Source: Perkinsus chesapeaki ATCC PRA-425
Taxonomy: Eukaryota > Protista > Perkinsozoa
DNA: 51,620 nt
Direction: 5' to 3'
NCBI GenBank assembly: GCA_013115145.1
Contig: JAAPAO010000218.1
Location: 1 to 51,620, forward strand
Shown here: piece by piece, positions 1 through 12,139 of the stretch
Position numbering within the stretch: position 1 is the first letter of the stretch
Layout of the letters: each line of letters opens with the position of its first letter
Translations under genes and position numbers: made by a program
The notes under the pieces: generated by a model
Seen by the model: only the letters and a program-made list of their open reading frames with translations
Told to the model about the DNA's origin: nothing
Databases searched by the model: none

Positions 1-245
1 GCCGTGACGCTCCACGCTCCACGCGCCCGCGCGCCGGCGTCATGCGACGTGACATAGCGTGCGACGTGACGTCCCCTAGGTTCTGAACTATCCAATTAGT
101 TGTTTTTGCTGCTCCAGTGGATTCGGGTTCCTTCCTTCTCATCATCTTAGTTTTTTACCCTCGTATACTTGTCTACTTTCGTTGTAAATCTTAACACAGT
201 GAGTTGTTTCATGAACGTCAACATTTCATGCACATTTCTACACAG

Positions 246-3236
246 TGCGGAATAGTACGACTGAGTATCTTGTACGTTATTAAATAATGGTTATCCCCTT
301 CCTTCATCTCAGGGCTATTGCAGATCGGGTATTCAGAGCTATTACGGAGAACGACAGCAAGTTCCGAGTTTATGTGGTAAGCGTGGTGCAGGCCGGGCCC
401 CCTGATTCACTGTGGGGAACTGTTCTCGACATTGTTCTCGGGGAACAATTGAAAAAATGCGCCCCTTTACTAGTTCTTTGAATTTGAAGCTTGTGAAACA
501 TATTTTCACTCAATAGATTTGCTAAGTATTTTCACTTGAGCGCCTCGATGTCATTGACAGAAAGTTGCATGGTTGCCGGCGTCTTGAATCGCGTAGACGT
601 TATGAAATTCAGAACAGAGAAGTCTCAGTCAGCTTTATTATTTAATCGTAGTAGGAGCTTGCAATTGAAACTATCACATAATGGGAAAGTAACTTACAGA
701 GGATATCTGCGTGTTTTGGGAGGTGGTCGCGAGCACTGCTCTTTTTCAGCTCCTACCGATGTTACCGGCATTCGAAGGTGAGAACTTGTGGACGGCGGAC
801 GCGTTCGTTTGCCGAATCACTATACATCTCCAGATGAGGGTAGGTCCAAAATGGAGATGCATCTTCGAAGAGGTGCTTTTAGTCGATCCATAGCTGCAAA
901 ACTTCCATTGTGCAAACGCTAAAGAGGAGGCTTATCGCTCGGCATAAGCAGGAACCTTTGGAGGCGCTAAAGGGGAAAGATGGTGAGCCACTGTGGGAGA
1001 AACCTACCGCATTTGGGTGTGGCGGAATATTAAAGAAATCTTTGGGATCACAAGGGCCTGTACCAATCTGGTACTGGTTGTCAACTCGTGGTACTGATGG
1101 GCTCCTAGGCAGTTGTCTAATTTGCCTAGGCCTGAAGTCACCCCTCAACGGTTGACAAGCGTTGCAATCTATAACACACACCTTCTTTTTCTTTGATTCG
1201 TCTGGGCCTTCGAGGAAGCGTTTTGTCAGTGTCGACTCGGGAGTTACTGGAGCAAGCCATTGAAGAAGTTATCAGGAGCCACATAGGCTTCTTTTGCTTG
1301 CGAACTGTATCTGATGGTTTTAAGGATGGCAGATTGAGGACAGAGCAAATGTAAGTGGCAGAGCACCGTTAGGTCTGGAGGAAAAAATTTCTTTATCGGG
1401 CCGAGTTATGAAATGTTGGAATAAACGTCGTTCTAGAAGTAAATTGAGTGCATTGGTGCCGCTAGTCGAGTTTGGAATCACGCAGAGCGCATATCTATGC
1501 TCTGATGCGGTCGATATGAACAGCACTAAGAGTCGTCGGGGAGCGTCGTGCCGTGAACGCTTGGGATGTTCACTGGTCGAGATCCACCTTCCCTCTCTGT
1601 TACAGTTACATTCACGCCAAGACTATGATAGTGGACGATTGCAAAGCAATTATTGGTTCCGCTAATATCAATGACCGAAGTATGGCAGGTGATCGAGATT
1701 CCGAGACTGCTGTAAGGAGACCAGAGCCTTAGCGGAGCGAAGCAGTTTTTTGGGCGTTTTTAGGTCCTTATTGAAGATGATATGGGAACGTCCTCGCCTT
1801 ATACCTTCGCTGGTAAGTCATTTGGTTGATGGCCCTTTCGGCTGTGTGTTAGATAGTCGTGAACTGTGAATAATAGGAAGTATATAGCCGCGTTGTCGGC
1901 ATGTCGGTCCTCTTTGGAAGGCGTATGAATGATGAATACGCAATTTCGGTATATTTTTGTGAGTTACTATCACAGTGTTTTGGTTATTAGTAGCTGCTAG
2001 CTTCAGGTTAGCATTTTGCTACTAAGGATGCTGATTGCTATATTGTCGTTGGTAAATCATGTTTCAGGTGACATGCGAACTCAACTTTGGAGGGAGCACT
2101 TTGGATTGCTGCAAGGTGTGATTGAAGACAGGCAGGAGAAGACCTTCGTAAGTGCTGCCGTGTGAGGTATTTCTCAACTCTTCGAATGCTCAGTAGGCGT
2201 GGAAATTCTCCACTTTTTCGACTCCTTGAAAAATTGATAGAAAAATGAATAAGAATCCCTTCTCCCATGTAAAAATTTTCCGTCCTATTGAAGAAATTTC
2301 TCACTTTCTGTGTGCGTTAAATTCGATAAGTATGGTGCGTGTTCGCAAATGTCGTGTCCCATCGCGGTTATTCCGTTGGCTTCGTCTCAGATCGATAACG
2401 TACTCCGCGATCCAACTAGTGATTCGTGTTGGAAAATGTGGCTTACCACAGCAGAGAGGAACATAGAGATCCTTCGAGAAGGGTTCCACGGAGTTTGGCC
2501 TGATAGCGAGATACGGTATGTTAAGCTATTATGTATCTTGCACGCATCAACCTCTGATCCGCTCCTAGGAACTGGAAGCAGTTTCATAGTGTCCTAGAGA
2601 ACCGGTCTAATCCTGAAGGAAAAGAAAAGGAGAAGGTCGTCAAAGGACTTAAAGGCTCCCGAGTGTTCCCGTACCCACTTGTAAGCCAAGCCTGATACCT
2701 CGGTTTGTTCGTTCGGTTTCTGGTGGAAAATTAATCTCTTTGAACCTGGCCCACTCGCCCGATGGGTGTTAACAGGGTTGAGCTCATTCGCTCTCAATTA
2801 TTGATCTGATATTATTTCCTGTATTATATGCGGACTAGTTCGATGCGGATATTATACCCTATAATGGTTGCTATCATAATTTATATCCCGGTTCTAATTG
2901 GGCTAAGTCAGTGTTAACATTACAGCATCTTGCCTTCTGGAAATCCTTTTTATATGAGTAGCCTTGGCGAGATTGCTATCGTTGTCCATGTTGAAGTGAT
3001 CGTCACTAACTGATGGTGAATTCCATCATCTGCAGCTTGTACTTTAAAGCCCGCAATCTGCGAGTATCTTACGGTAGAATGCTTACCTTTGTAAGTGCGC
3101 GCCTCAGTGACATTCGCTATAATATTTTTGCAACTGTTGGTTTTTATTTCTGCCTCAGGAGTTCCTGTGTGAAGAGGATATGACGGTTCCGGCTCCCACG
3201 TCCATCTCTCTAATGCCGAAGGAAATCTTCACTTAA
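246..3236 (+). CDS. Phospholipase D (PLD1/2-like), 3' portion; multi-exon, 5' end lies upstream of the window
   Basis: Spliced exons read [21 protein letters not shown] (313-377), [18 protein letters not shown]|[33 protein letters not shown] (HxKxxxxD motif near 1610), [33 protein letters not shown]|EFLCEEDM...MPKEIFT* (stop 3234-3236). These match conserved PLD C-terminal motifs. Confidence 0.93.
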
Positions 3237-3763
3237 GCCTCTTTTTTTATCATTGGTTGCTGCATTTGGTTTGCTGCTATATTATTAAGTTCAACAAAGT
3301 TCATTCATACGAAAGTAGCATTGATTACTTTATTCAGGGATTGCTTGACATTCGAGGGCACGTGACTTGCGTTTGAGGATTGACAATGCTAAGGGAGTGG
3401 CTGGGAGGGCGGGAAAATCCAGAACTGCCTATTTCGTGCTGTGCTGTTGTGTAGAAGGCGCAGTTCATACTGGCTTGCCTGTAGGGCTTATGCTCTCACT
3501 CGAGCCCTAAAGCTTTCTGGCCAAAGTATGCTGTGCTCGCAGTTTAACAAGCTGGACAGAATGTTGCTGATATCTCTCCGGCCTAAAAAAATACGTCTTA
3601 GTCTGAGACCTCCCGGTTTGGTGGGAATACGCCTTTTGAGGGTCAAAGCTGGTCGCGGTGCGATTACGCTAGTTCTCTGAGGAGATATTTTTCTGGTGGA
3701 AAAAACAAATCTGAAAAGAGTTTTGGGGCTGTCCAATATTGATTTTAAGTTGTATATATTAGT

Positions 3764-6378
3764 ATGTCCACACGGCCGCAATTGCCTCTACCAGTGAAGA
3801 AGGAGAAAACCGAGGAGGAGAAAGCAATGGAGGCTGCGGCGGCCAAAGCTGCTGTTACTGTTGATGCGTTGGGAAGGAAGAAATGGGATAAAGCGTAAGA
3901 GAGGTGGGGAATATGAGTTACGAAGCTATTATTATTGCTTCTTTGTTGGTGAGCAGCTGCGTGCCATGAATAAAGGATGTAGATTAGTAGTAGCAATGGA
4001 TATGAGCCGAGCATGAGATTGAGAATGGAGGAAGAGGTTAGGTGGTTCATAGGGCCGAGTAGAGAATTAACGGAGGGTTGCTGCGTAGGATAGCACCACC
4101 GTATTAGAGTTATACGAAATCGATTTGAAACGAAATAGTTAGAAAAGCCACTAGTGCTGATGTGTTCGAAGTGGATTAGACGGTTCTTTGGATGGGGTTT
4201 CCGTGTGTCAGATTCTTCTCGAAGAAGGCCGATGAAGAGCAGCAAATAGAAGCACTTCGATGTGAGTTAAATCGATCAGGCAATCGATTTTGATCGCCAG
4301 TGTCGTTTAGATCTCAAGGGATTAAAGCGGGAGAATGATGCCCCGGTCCAGAGAGCTCCTTTGAGGCAACGGACGGAGGTCGTCGATCTCGAAAAGGATA
4401 TAGGAAAACGGAAGTTGATTACAGGTGAGCAGGCGCGAAGAGAAGCACTTTGCAGCGCTCCCAACTTGCTCTCGAATATCCTATACAGACTAGCAATCAT
4501 TTTGATACTAGATATAATAACACTATATACACGTATATACATGATACGTGTCATACGTATGTAAGCTGATATTATTATTACGCATTGTAGAGTAACGAGC
4601 TGCTAACCGCCGTGGTTACGGAAAGAGTTCATAGGAATGGAAATCTCGCTCCACTAGGAATCCCTACAGTGAATATCGAACGCCGTAAGCAGTCCAAAGC
4701 GATTCCCTTGGCGACGACCATAACGCGGGTCACACCTGCAGCATTTCCCTCCTCGATGTGACAGCTTAAATAAGATTATGAAACTATCAGTTTAGTAGTG
4801 GTGGAGAACTGATGATGTTTGCTTTTGGTCATCAGAAATCCACGAGCTGTCAGAAAACTTTTCCCGTGGGATTTACGTTCCGGATGTTCCGAGTCTTGTG
4901 GCCCTAGCAATGTTTTCTGTAGCAGTGGTTGTCTTGTATTCGCTCTATCATGTGGTGACCCATTTCAGAGCGAACTGTGAAGAAGCACCAAGGAGGGTAC
5001 TGGTGTGAGGTTTGTGAGTGTCTACTTAAGGACAGTCAAGCGTAAGAACGTCGTGAGTAGCTTTCATGGGAACGGTCGTATCAGGTATCTTGATCATCTC
5101 AATGGACGGGATCATAATAGGAACCTTGGGATGAATATGAGGGTTGAGAAAGTAAAATGAACATGTGTTGTTCCATCTGGATTGGCCTCCAGAAGCGTGG
5201 CTTAGTAGACGAGCGAAATAGGAGTAGCGACTAAGTCCCCGAATGCGCATTCTGGCGCAGCGCGAGACGAGGTTAGCTTAGAATTGTAGAAACTGCGAGC
5301 CGAAATTTTGATCTCCTGACTTCTCTCTGCGGAATTGCATTCCTTACCCATCAACTACTCCAGCCGAGTGTAACGTCGGTATTCATGAAATAGATTCCCG
5401 AAAGGATCGTTGGCTCTACCTCTGACGGTCTTCGGGAACTGTTCATCTCCAGGTAAGCGTCGATAGAGTAAAAGAGAGGCTTGAGGAAATGAAGCGACAA
5501 GCAAGAGAGAAGGCAGCGAAGAGTAAGCACATGATTGTAGGGCTTCTTTGGTGTCAACATATTGATACGGGTGGTGCTCTCATACCACATTTCGATCATA
5601 GTTCTCTACGAACTATGCTAGGTTGATGACTTCTTTTCACTTGCTTCGAAATAAAAGGTTGTCAACCTTAAATTGATGACCTTTTTCACTTGCTTCGAGC
5701 TACGACATGACGAGCTTGAAATCCTTAGATTGTCTGAACTCCTCATTAGTGTGCTCTCGTTTCCTCCTGTATGTTCGGCTCTGGGAGTGTTCATTGTCCA
5801 TCAGGCACAAAGGATGATGTGATCGATAGAGAAGCGGTCCAGGAGCGATTGGAGCACATCAAGCGGGAGGAGGAAAAAGACAAGTGGGCTGCTGCTGCTG
5901 CCGGGGTTATCAAGGGCTAACATCAGTTGTGTGGCAGGCAGCGAAAGAAAGAGAAAAAGAAGCTGAAAAAACAAAAGAAGCGAGAGGCTTTGTACGGTCC
6001 TGGATTCATTGAGACGAAACAGGAGGAAGGAGCGGGCACCACAGAGGAGGGAGCAGCTGCTGTAAGTGACTAAGGGTTTCGGGCTTTCTATGCCTGCTGT
6101 ATCGATCCGTATGGCGGCTATACTAAATTTATATTGGGTTTTACTATACCACAATCGGGAGTTCTCATGACGCTATAACTTTCGTACATGTGTCCCTACT
6201 TGGGCACTCGCGTTACCACTTCCGCTCCGAGTTCCGAGAGACTACTGAAGTTGACTATCCCTCTGCCATTTAATTACATTTTTTAATACAGTGACGACCA
6301 TATAACTTTCAGGCCGCGGAGAGCTCCCATGAAGAGCTGATGCGTATTATGGGCATATCAAACTTTGGTGGGAGTTGA
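3764..6378 (+). CDS. ZMAT2: U1/matrin-type zinc finger spliceosomal protein (ZMAT2/Snu23-like), multi-exon
   Basis: ATG 3764. Exons give VDALGRKKWDK, VQRAPLRQRTEVVDLEKDIGKRKLIT, GGYWCEVCECLLKDSQA|YLDHLNGRDHNRNLGMNMRVEK|VSVDRVKERLEEMK and a final exon ELMRIMGISNFGGS* (TGA 6376-6378). Confidence 0.9.
5623..5698. repeat. Imperfect 26-27 bp direct repeat flanking a 15 bp palindrome, inside a ZMAT2 intron
   Basis: ttgatgacttcttttcacttgcttcga (5623-5649) and ttgatgacctttttcacttgcttcga (5673-5698), with aaggttg-t-caacctt (5655-5669) between them. Confidence 0.8.
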
Positions 6379-6506
6379 ACGTACAGTGTAACCATCGGAA
6401 GGCAGACCTTGTGTTGCGTTGGTAATTGATCATTGAATCGTCTCCGGGAAAAGTGATATCAACCAGTGTTGACAGAATAATATGGAAAGTTAGTGTACAA
6501 TTGTAA

Positions 6507-9500
6507 ATGGTATCCTCCTCCGTCTTGGTGTTCTTTGTGGGGTTATTACTGTGGGAGTTTGTACTGCGGCGACCTTTGGATACTTTGCCGGTTGCTAAGA
6601 CAGAACCATCCCCAGAGGGCAAGCTCAACTTGCGTAATATGGGAGATGAGAGCGGTATGAAATGAACTGCGATTTACAAAGGAATCGAAATAGAAGTCTT
6701 GGGGGTCTTGGGACTCTGGAAGGGCCTTGGGAAATTCCGCGCTGAGAGATGCGTGTGGTGTATATTTTTTGTCTGGGCACATACAGTACGCATCATCTAG
6801 GAATGCACCAACGACTCCTTTCGATTTTCTTCAGTAATCTTCTGAATCAGAACTTCTGATTCCTTCTCCGTGGTAGTCCTCGTGCTCGATTACCCAAGAA
6901 TCCTCGTCGCGCACTTGAGAAACGAGGAACATTTTTCGGCCAACTTCGCGGATTCGTGCTCCATCCAAGCAGCGGCGCTGGTCCAGCGCTCGATCGAGAT
7001 TGCGCGCTTAGCGCGCATTTGGAAATAATTGAATACCTGTCATAGGAGAAGGCTGCAATGAAGGGTCGGAAGAAGTCCCTTTGCCTAAGGGCCTTGTGCC
7101 GGGAAGCTCGAACGTAATCGTCTAGACTAACCAGCCATTCCTTTAGTGTGGTATTTTTGTCTGCAAAACTAGTGTGACTCGCACTGTGTGAGAAGCCTTC
7201 TACACTGTATGACCAGTCTCTTTCGTGAGTTCTTTGTAGTCGGCAAATGACTCACGGGTGGAATTCACTGTTCCTACGCCAAATACTGCCACCCACGGGC
7301 TTGCTTAGACTGCTCATTCTATGTGCAACTCAAACCGATAGGGTTTAATGTCTATACTGTGATTCTCGCTCTATGGTTCACCGAAAAAACAATGGAAGTT
7401 CCATTATGGGACTAATATCGAGGATGCTCATGTGGCCTCTCCCGTATGCGTTACCACACTTCTGACAGGTACTCTTTGGGCGTTGTCACGTCCTCATACC
7501 ATCAAAGGCTCTGTTGCTGCCATAACAACTGGATACGTTCTTATGTACCTCTACTCTGGTGGGCGTAAGGCTAACTTTCCAGCGTGAGCTCTCGGCATTA
7601 TCGGTAATTATTGGTATTTTGGTGATAGGTATCTTCGGATACTGGTATCAGGGGTGCTAGCTAATGTTTTTATTGTTGCTATTAATCAGCTCACTGATGT
7701 GGATATCGATAAGGCGAACTCAAAGCCCCTCCCAATAGCATCAGGTGAGCTCCTGCTCATGTCAACCGGGTAACTGCCATCTTTAAGGAGCCATGAAGTT
7801 CAGTCAAGCAAGACTGGCAACGGGGCTGTCCCTCAGCTTAGCTATTGCCGTGTCATTTGCCGAATCTACTGTGTGGTTCTTCACCATCACAGCCATGTGC
7901 TCCATTGGTTATATATATTCTGTTCCACCGTTAAGGCTTAAACGTCATGCTGTACCAGCGGCACTATGCATAGTAGGAATTCCGCCACTAGAAAACTGTG
8001 TAAGTGTAGCGTAGGTATCGGCTCGAGCCATCCTGGGCATCATTGGAGGCACCCATGCTTATTGCACAGCTTTTAACGTCACGCTGGACGGGGCAACGAA
8101 TAGGCAAATGTAGGCGATGGCGCGGAAGGGGTGAGAAGTGTGACGCTTTAGGTTTACCTTCTGTGGGATACTTATTGTGTTTTGTACAACCGTGGCTATC
8201 ATGAAGGACATACCCGATATTAAAGGCGACATCACGGACAATGTGAATTCCTTTGCAGTACGTTGCTGTGGCTTAGCGCTAACGCTGCGGTAGAAACTCT
8301 CATGCTACTCGCCTTTGGACTATCGAACTATCGTCCTTGAACTGCGGTAGTGTTGGATGTCATCTCCCATTGCTGGCTCGATGTCTCGTACCACACTTGT
8401 TCAGGTTAGATGGGGCGCCTATCGGATGTCTCGATTCTGTCTGTGGAACTTGACCATCTGTTATACAGCAGTGATTGGTCTGTTAGCTGATGATAGCTCT
8501 ACTAGCCTCCTTCATGCCATCGCAGGTGTCTACATGTGGGGGTGAGGCCTTAAAAACCCACCGTGCTCGCTGATGTGTGGCTGCTGAACTGTAGGCACTG
8601 GCACTTGAATATCTCTCCTGGTGATAACAGTGATGCAGCACTAGAGTTAGTAAAGGACAATTACTTCAACACACTGTGGCCCTTGTTCTATTTCGAGTTC
8701 ATTGCGTAAGTTTCCTCCGGTCCCATCACAATCATTTATAGCGCTGCAGGTACCCTCTGCCGATCGTACTGAGATTGCTCGGCCTTCCACCTATACCGTC
8801 TTGGCTCCTAGTGGTGCTCTTAGCAGTGGTGCTGGTAAGGCCCCCCTGGGGCTTCCTCTTGCTAAAATGTTCCATTCAGTTCAATTCGGCAGTTGCGATG
8901 ATGGAATCCGCTCGAGAAGAGAGGCACCGTAAAGCCATGAGTGCTCCTGAGCTATCAGAAGTTAAGGCTGATGTAGCCGAGGTATGGCTGTGACGTCTTC
9001 GCTTTACCGCGCTTTACTTTCCTGTAGGTGGAAAATCTGATGAAGGGTTTAGTTGGCGTGGATGTACCGCAGGCCCACGCGGCAGCGCTCGATTTGGGAT
9101 CGTCACATAGAAAGCATCACTTGGACCGAGCCGCGGTGATCTGTGCTGTCGGGCGAGCACTTGCTATTGATGAAATGGATGATGGTGTGGAACAGGTACG
9201 GCCAGCTTTAAGGTTTTTAGTGGCTATTGTTATGTTGCAGATGTATAGAGTGGCCCAGGCTGCAGAGCTCGAGTACAGTGCATTGCTTATGCATTCCGAA
9301 CTAGTACAGAATGGCAAGGTACGTGCTCCTAGCCGACAGTCCTGTGTGAATGATTCCGCATTGGAGGAATTGAAGACTTTTCCTGCATGTGAGGCGCTGG
9401 AGCCCTTCGTCACTCCCCGGTGTTCATTTGGTAGCAGTTCAATCCATTGAACCATCTATAACGGTGTGCGCAAGAATGAACAGCACATGCGTGTGACCAT

Positions 9501-10731
9501 ACCATAGCTTAGTATAATCAACCTCGTACCGTCTACAACGCAAAGCGATCACTCAGATCTCTACAACGCCAGTGCAGATGGAAAAAGTATGCGACACCTG
9601 TTTATTGACCTGGTCAATTTATTGGGCAAGTTCAAAGTTCGACTGAGGTGTAGATTAAATAGTGGCATATGGGGACGATACCTGAGTGTTAACCCTACCC
9701 GACCAACCCAGTTTCTAGGTTGTTAGGGAGGCGCGATATAGGCTTTCAGATATGAGATGTTAGAAGCATACTCAATTGCTATCACTAAGGTAAAGGTAGC
9801 TGAACAAGGAAGCCTCTTATCGCGCAGCTAGATACTCGGGTTGGGGATATTTGTAGTTAGCTTGTTACTAACTGTAAAAAAACAATGAGTCATATATCCC
9901 CGACAGTGTTTTTCAAGATACTCCGAGTATCAAGCCCAAATACCCATACTCCTTATACAACTATTTATCAAAATATATATCGAAGACATAACGACAATAT
10001 GAATACATACAACTTAGTACAAGGTACAACCATTAGTTGGTTGTAGGCTTAGTTGTGGGGGGGGCTACAATGAAGGAGACTTTGAACAGTAGACGATGCT
10101 CTGACACACGGAATGCTTCTGTACCCGACTGGAATGTCCCACTACTATTAGGCAACCGATCATGTGGACCATGGCATCCCTTTTGAATCGCTATGTGTCC
10201 GGCTCGTTGCGAGTTGTTGCTTTTGTTAATACTATCTTTCAGGTTACTAAAGCAGTGAAACTGTCAGTTCTCGGTGGAGATTGGTATCTCGGTTCAGCCT
10301 CCGTAGTATTAGCCGCAACAGGTATTCAATCAGTGGTGAGCATCTTTTCCATCTCGACATAACTCCCATTGCGAAGGTTAGGTCCAGGAGATGTCCGACG
10401 CGATTGCTGAGATAACATCTTATAACACCGAAATGAAGGGCAAGCCAGGCATTGAAGCGAAGCGATCGACGGAGTTTAATCGTCTGATTTTGACGCATGC
10501 TTGTCGGGCGTTAGGTAGGCTCACCGGTTATCCGTCCGTGCTGTGCGATTCTATTTGGTAGGTCATATTCAAGAGCTGGCGGAAAAAGAAATCGCGCTCT
10601 TGGGTGATTTGGGTTCGAATGTGCCGTTCCTGGACATGGACGAGTTCACTGATCTTTGGCCACAGAATGTGCATTCCGAATTGAAAGTCGATGCATTGAC
10701 TCGATTAATGAGCGTCCTAATCGCACACTAA
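6507..10731 (+). CDS. Homogentisate prenyltransferase (HST/HPT, UbiA family) with hydrophobic N-terminal leader, fused to a C-terminal degenerate trans-polyprenyl diphosphate synthase-like domain
   Basis: Leader MVSSSVLVFFVGLLLWEFVLRR. UbiA motifs LSRPHTIKG (~7480), NQLTDVDIDKANSKPLPIASG (7684), IMKDIPDIKGD (8204) and LWPLFYFEFIA|YPLP. In-frame spliced continuation through an extra TM into RAAVICAVGRAL, AQAAELEYSALLMHSELVQ (9253-9309) and SVLGGDWYLGSASVVLA (10264), ending at stop 10731. Exons between 9320 and 10240 are uncertain. Confidence 0.8.
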
Positions 10732-11338
10732 TTTGTTTCTAAGTTTGGTTTCCGTTAATGATAGCGGTGCTTTGAGCTTTCACAGTCAATACCCTGCGAC
10801 ACCAACCTTTTTGAAAACTAAATCAGCCTAGTTAAAGAGTTACCGACGGTGACTTACCGCACCTCTCTTTCTCCCCACCAGAGTGCACGAGCGCTGGACC
10901 TAGTCGTGGAAATGTGAGCCGTACGGTAACAACTCGGTGATCGTACCACCGGGGATAGCTAGAGTTATCCTTGGGAGCCCTTTACAATTTGTGAATCTCA
11001 TGTGGAATGGTCCCTCGAACGCAAATATCCATTTCGTTATCGGAAATCGGCAACTTGATAGACTTTAACGACTCAAGGACACAACTTGATATCTTTGCAA
11101 CAAGAAATATAATAGAAACAAAATGAAAAAGGCTGAATGACTTTTTTGGGAACATAGTTTCGGACTTATAATGAATCAAATAAACGTCAAGAAAATTAAA
11201 CTCTCAAGAATAACGTAAACTAAGTTGCTTACCTTGGAAAGGTGTCTGAAAGGACACGGTCAGCTCATCGACTACAAATATTCAAGAAGAGAGCTCACTT
11301 CGTGCGAACCTCCACCGGACCCTCGCGGCCAAACCAAC

Positions 11339-12139
11339 TCATGGCACCAAAGAGTATGTATCCTTGCCACCGCTACTCAAAGGAACTTCCAGCACTTTCC
11401 CATCGGCGCTTATTGTTATACCAGTCAAGAAAGTGTTGCTGTAGTAACCTTCAGAATCTGTCACAATAACAAGGCAATAATCCGACAGGGTTATAGTTGT
11501 CATCCCTTCCTGATGGGTTGAATATCCACACTTGTAGCTTCCACTGGGAAGTTTGCCACTCACCGACGTGATATGAACCAAGCCTTGATATTCTACCGTG
11601 AAGTCAAACTTCTGGATGCGCGCTTCATTTGGAGGTCCTTCACTTAACACGTAAGAAGCTTGCAAGGGATGTGTCATCTTGAGAGGGGAATTCATCATGG
11701 AGGAGTTGCACGAAGCACACTTGTATTGATCTTCCTGTCCACCCGAGAGAGGCATATAAAGGAATTGATAATCAGATGAGACGGTTATACCAGTCAGTAA
11801 ACTGGTGTCATAGTATCCAGCAGAGTCGGTTACAATCACACGACAATCTTCAGCAAGATCAACTGTAACACGTGGGGCACCAGAGTTTTGATCTGCAGTG
11901 TAGCCACAGTGATAGCAGCCTTTGGGCATTGTGCCAGCGACAGAAACCATAGTGACCTCGCCAGAGTTAGCGAAATCTAATCTTTCTATACGTGGAGCGC
12001 CGGTGGGAGAGTAGCTGGTTGTTAAGGACTTAATAAAGGGGAAGCCAAAACGAGCCGACTCGTCCGTGTAGACAACAACTGCCTCCTGGTACAGGACAAG
12101 ATGAAGCATCGCAAATACCACAGTCGGCGGTAAGAACAT
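11339..12139 (-). CDS. Intronless secreted protein with two tandem copies of a ~110 aa lineage-specific beta-rich domain
   Basis: Uninterrupted ORF from ATG 12139 with signal-like MFLPPTVVFAMLHLVLY. Both halves carry RI..(L/F)DF, G.Y.CGY, C.VIVTDS.GYY...LTGIT and PLSGG motifs shared with the ORFs at 12906 and 14187. Confidence 0.85.
   Translation of the reverse strand: MFLPPTVVFAMLHLVLYQEAVVVYTDESARFGFPFIKSLTTSYSPTGAPRIERLDFANSGEVTMVSVAGTMPKGCYHCGYTADQNSGAPRVTVDLAEDCRVIVTDSAGYYDTSLLTGITVSSDYQFLYMPLSGGQEDQYKCASCNSSMMNSPLKMTHPLQASYVLSEGPPNEARIQKFDFTVEYQGLVHITSVSGKLPSGSYKCGYSTHQEGMTTITLSDYCLVIVTDSEGYYSNTFLTGITISADGKVLEVPLSSGGKDTYSLVP

Noticed and set aside
1-80. CpG-rich start with a repeated tgcgacgtgac, suggestive of an LTR or terminal element
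   Set aside because: It ends in ccctag, a plausible intron acceptor, and probably lies within the PLD gene. It is truncated by the window edge and no partner repeat was seen.
1740-2600. Minus-strand ORFs that at first resembled a degenerate retrotransposon integrase
   Set aside because: The plus strand carries unambiguous phospholipase D exons with canonical splice sites; the minus ORFs are antisense shadows.
3745-4554. Long minus-strand ORFs (166 aa and 92 aa)
   Set aside because: They overlap ZMAT2 exons and introns on the opposite strand and show no recognisable motifs.
10982-11179. Short minus-strand ORF with a hydrophobic N-terminus (MFPKKSFSLFHFVSIIFLVA...)
   Set aside because: Under 60 aa from the ATG, in AT-rich sequence, with no paralog or motif support.
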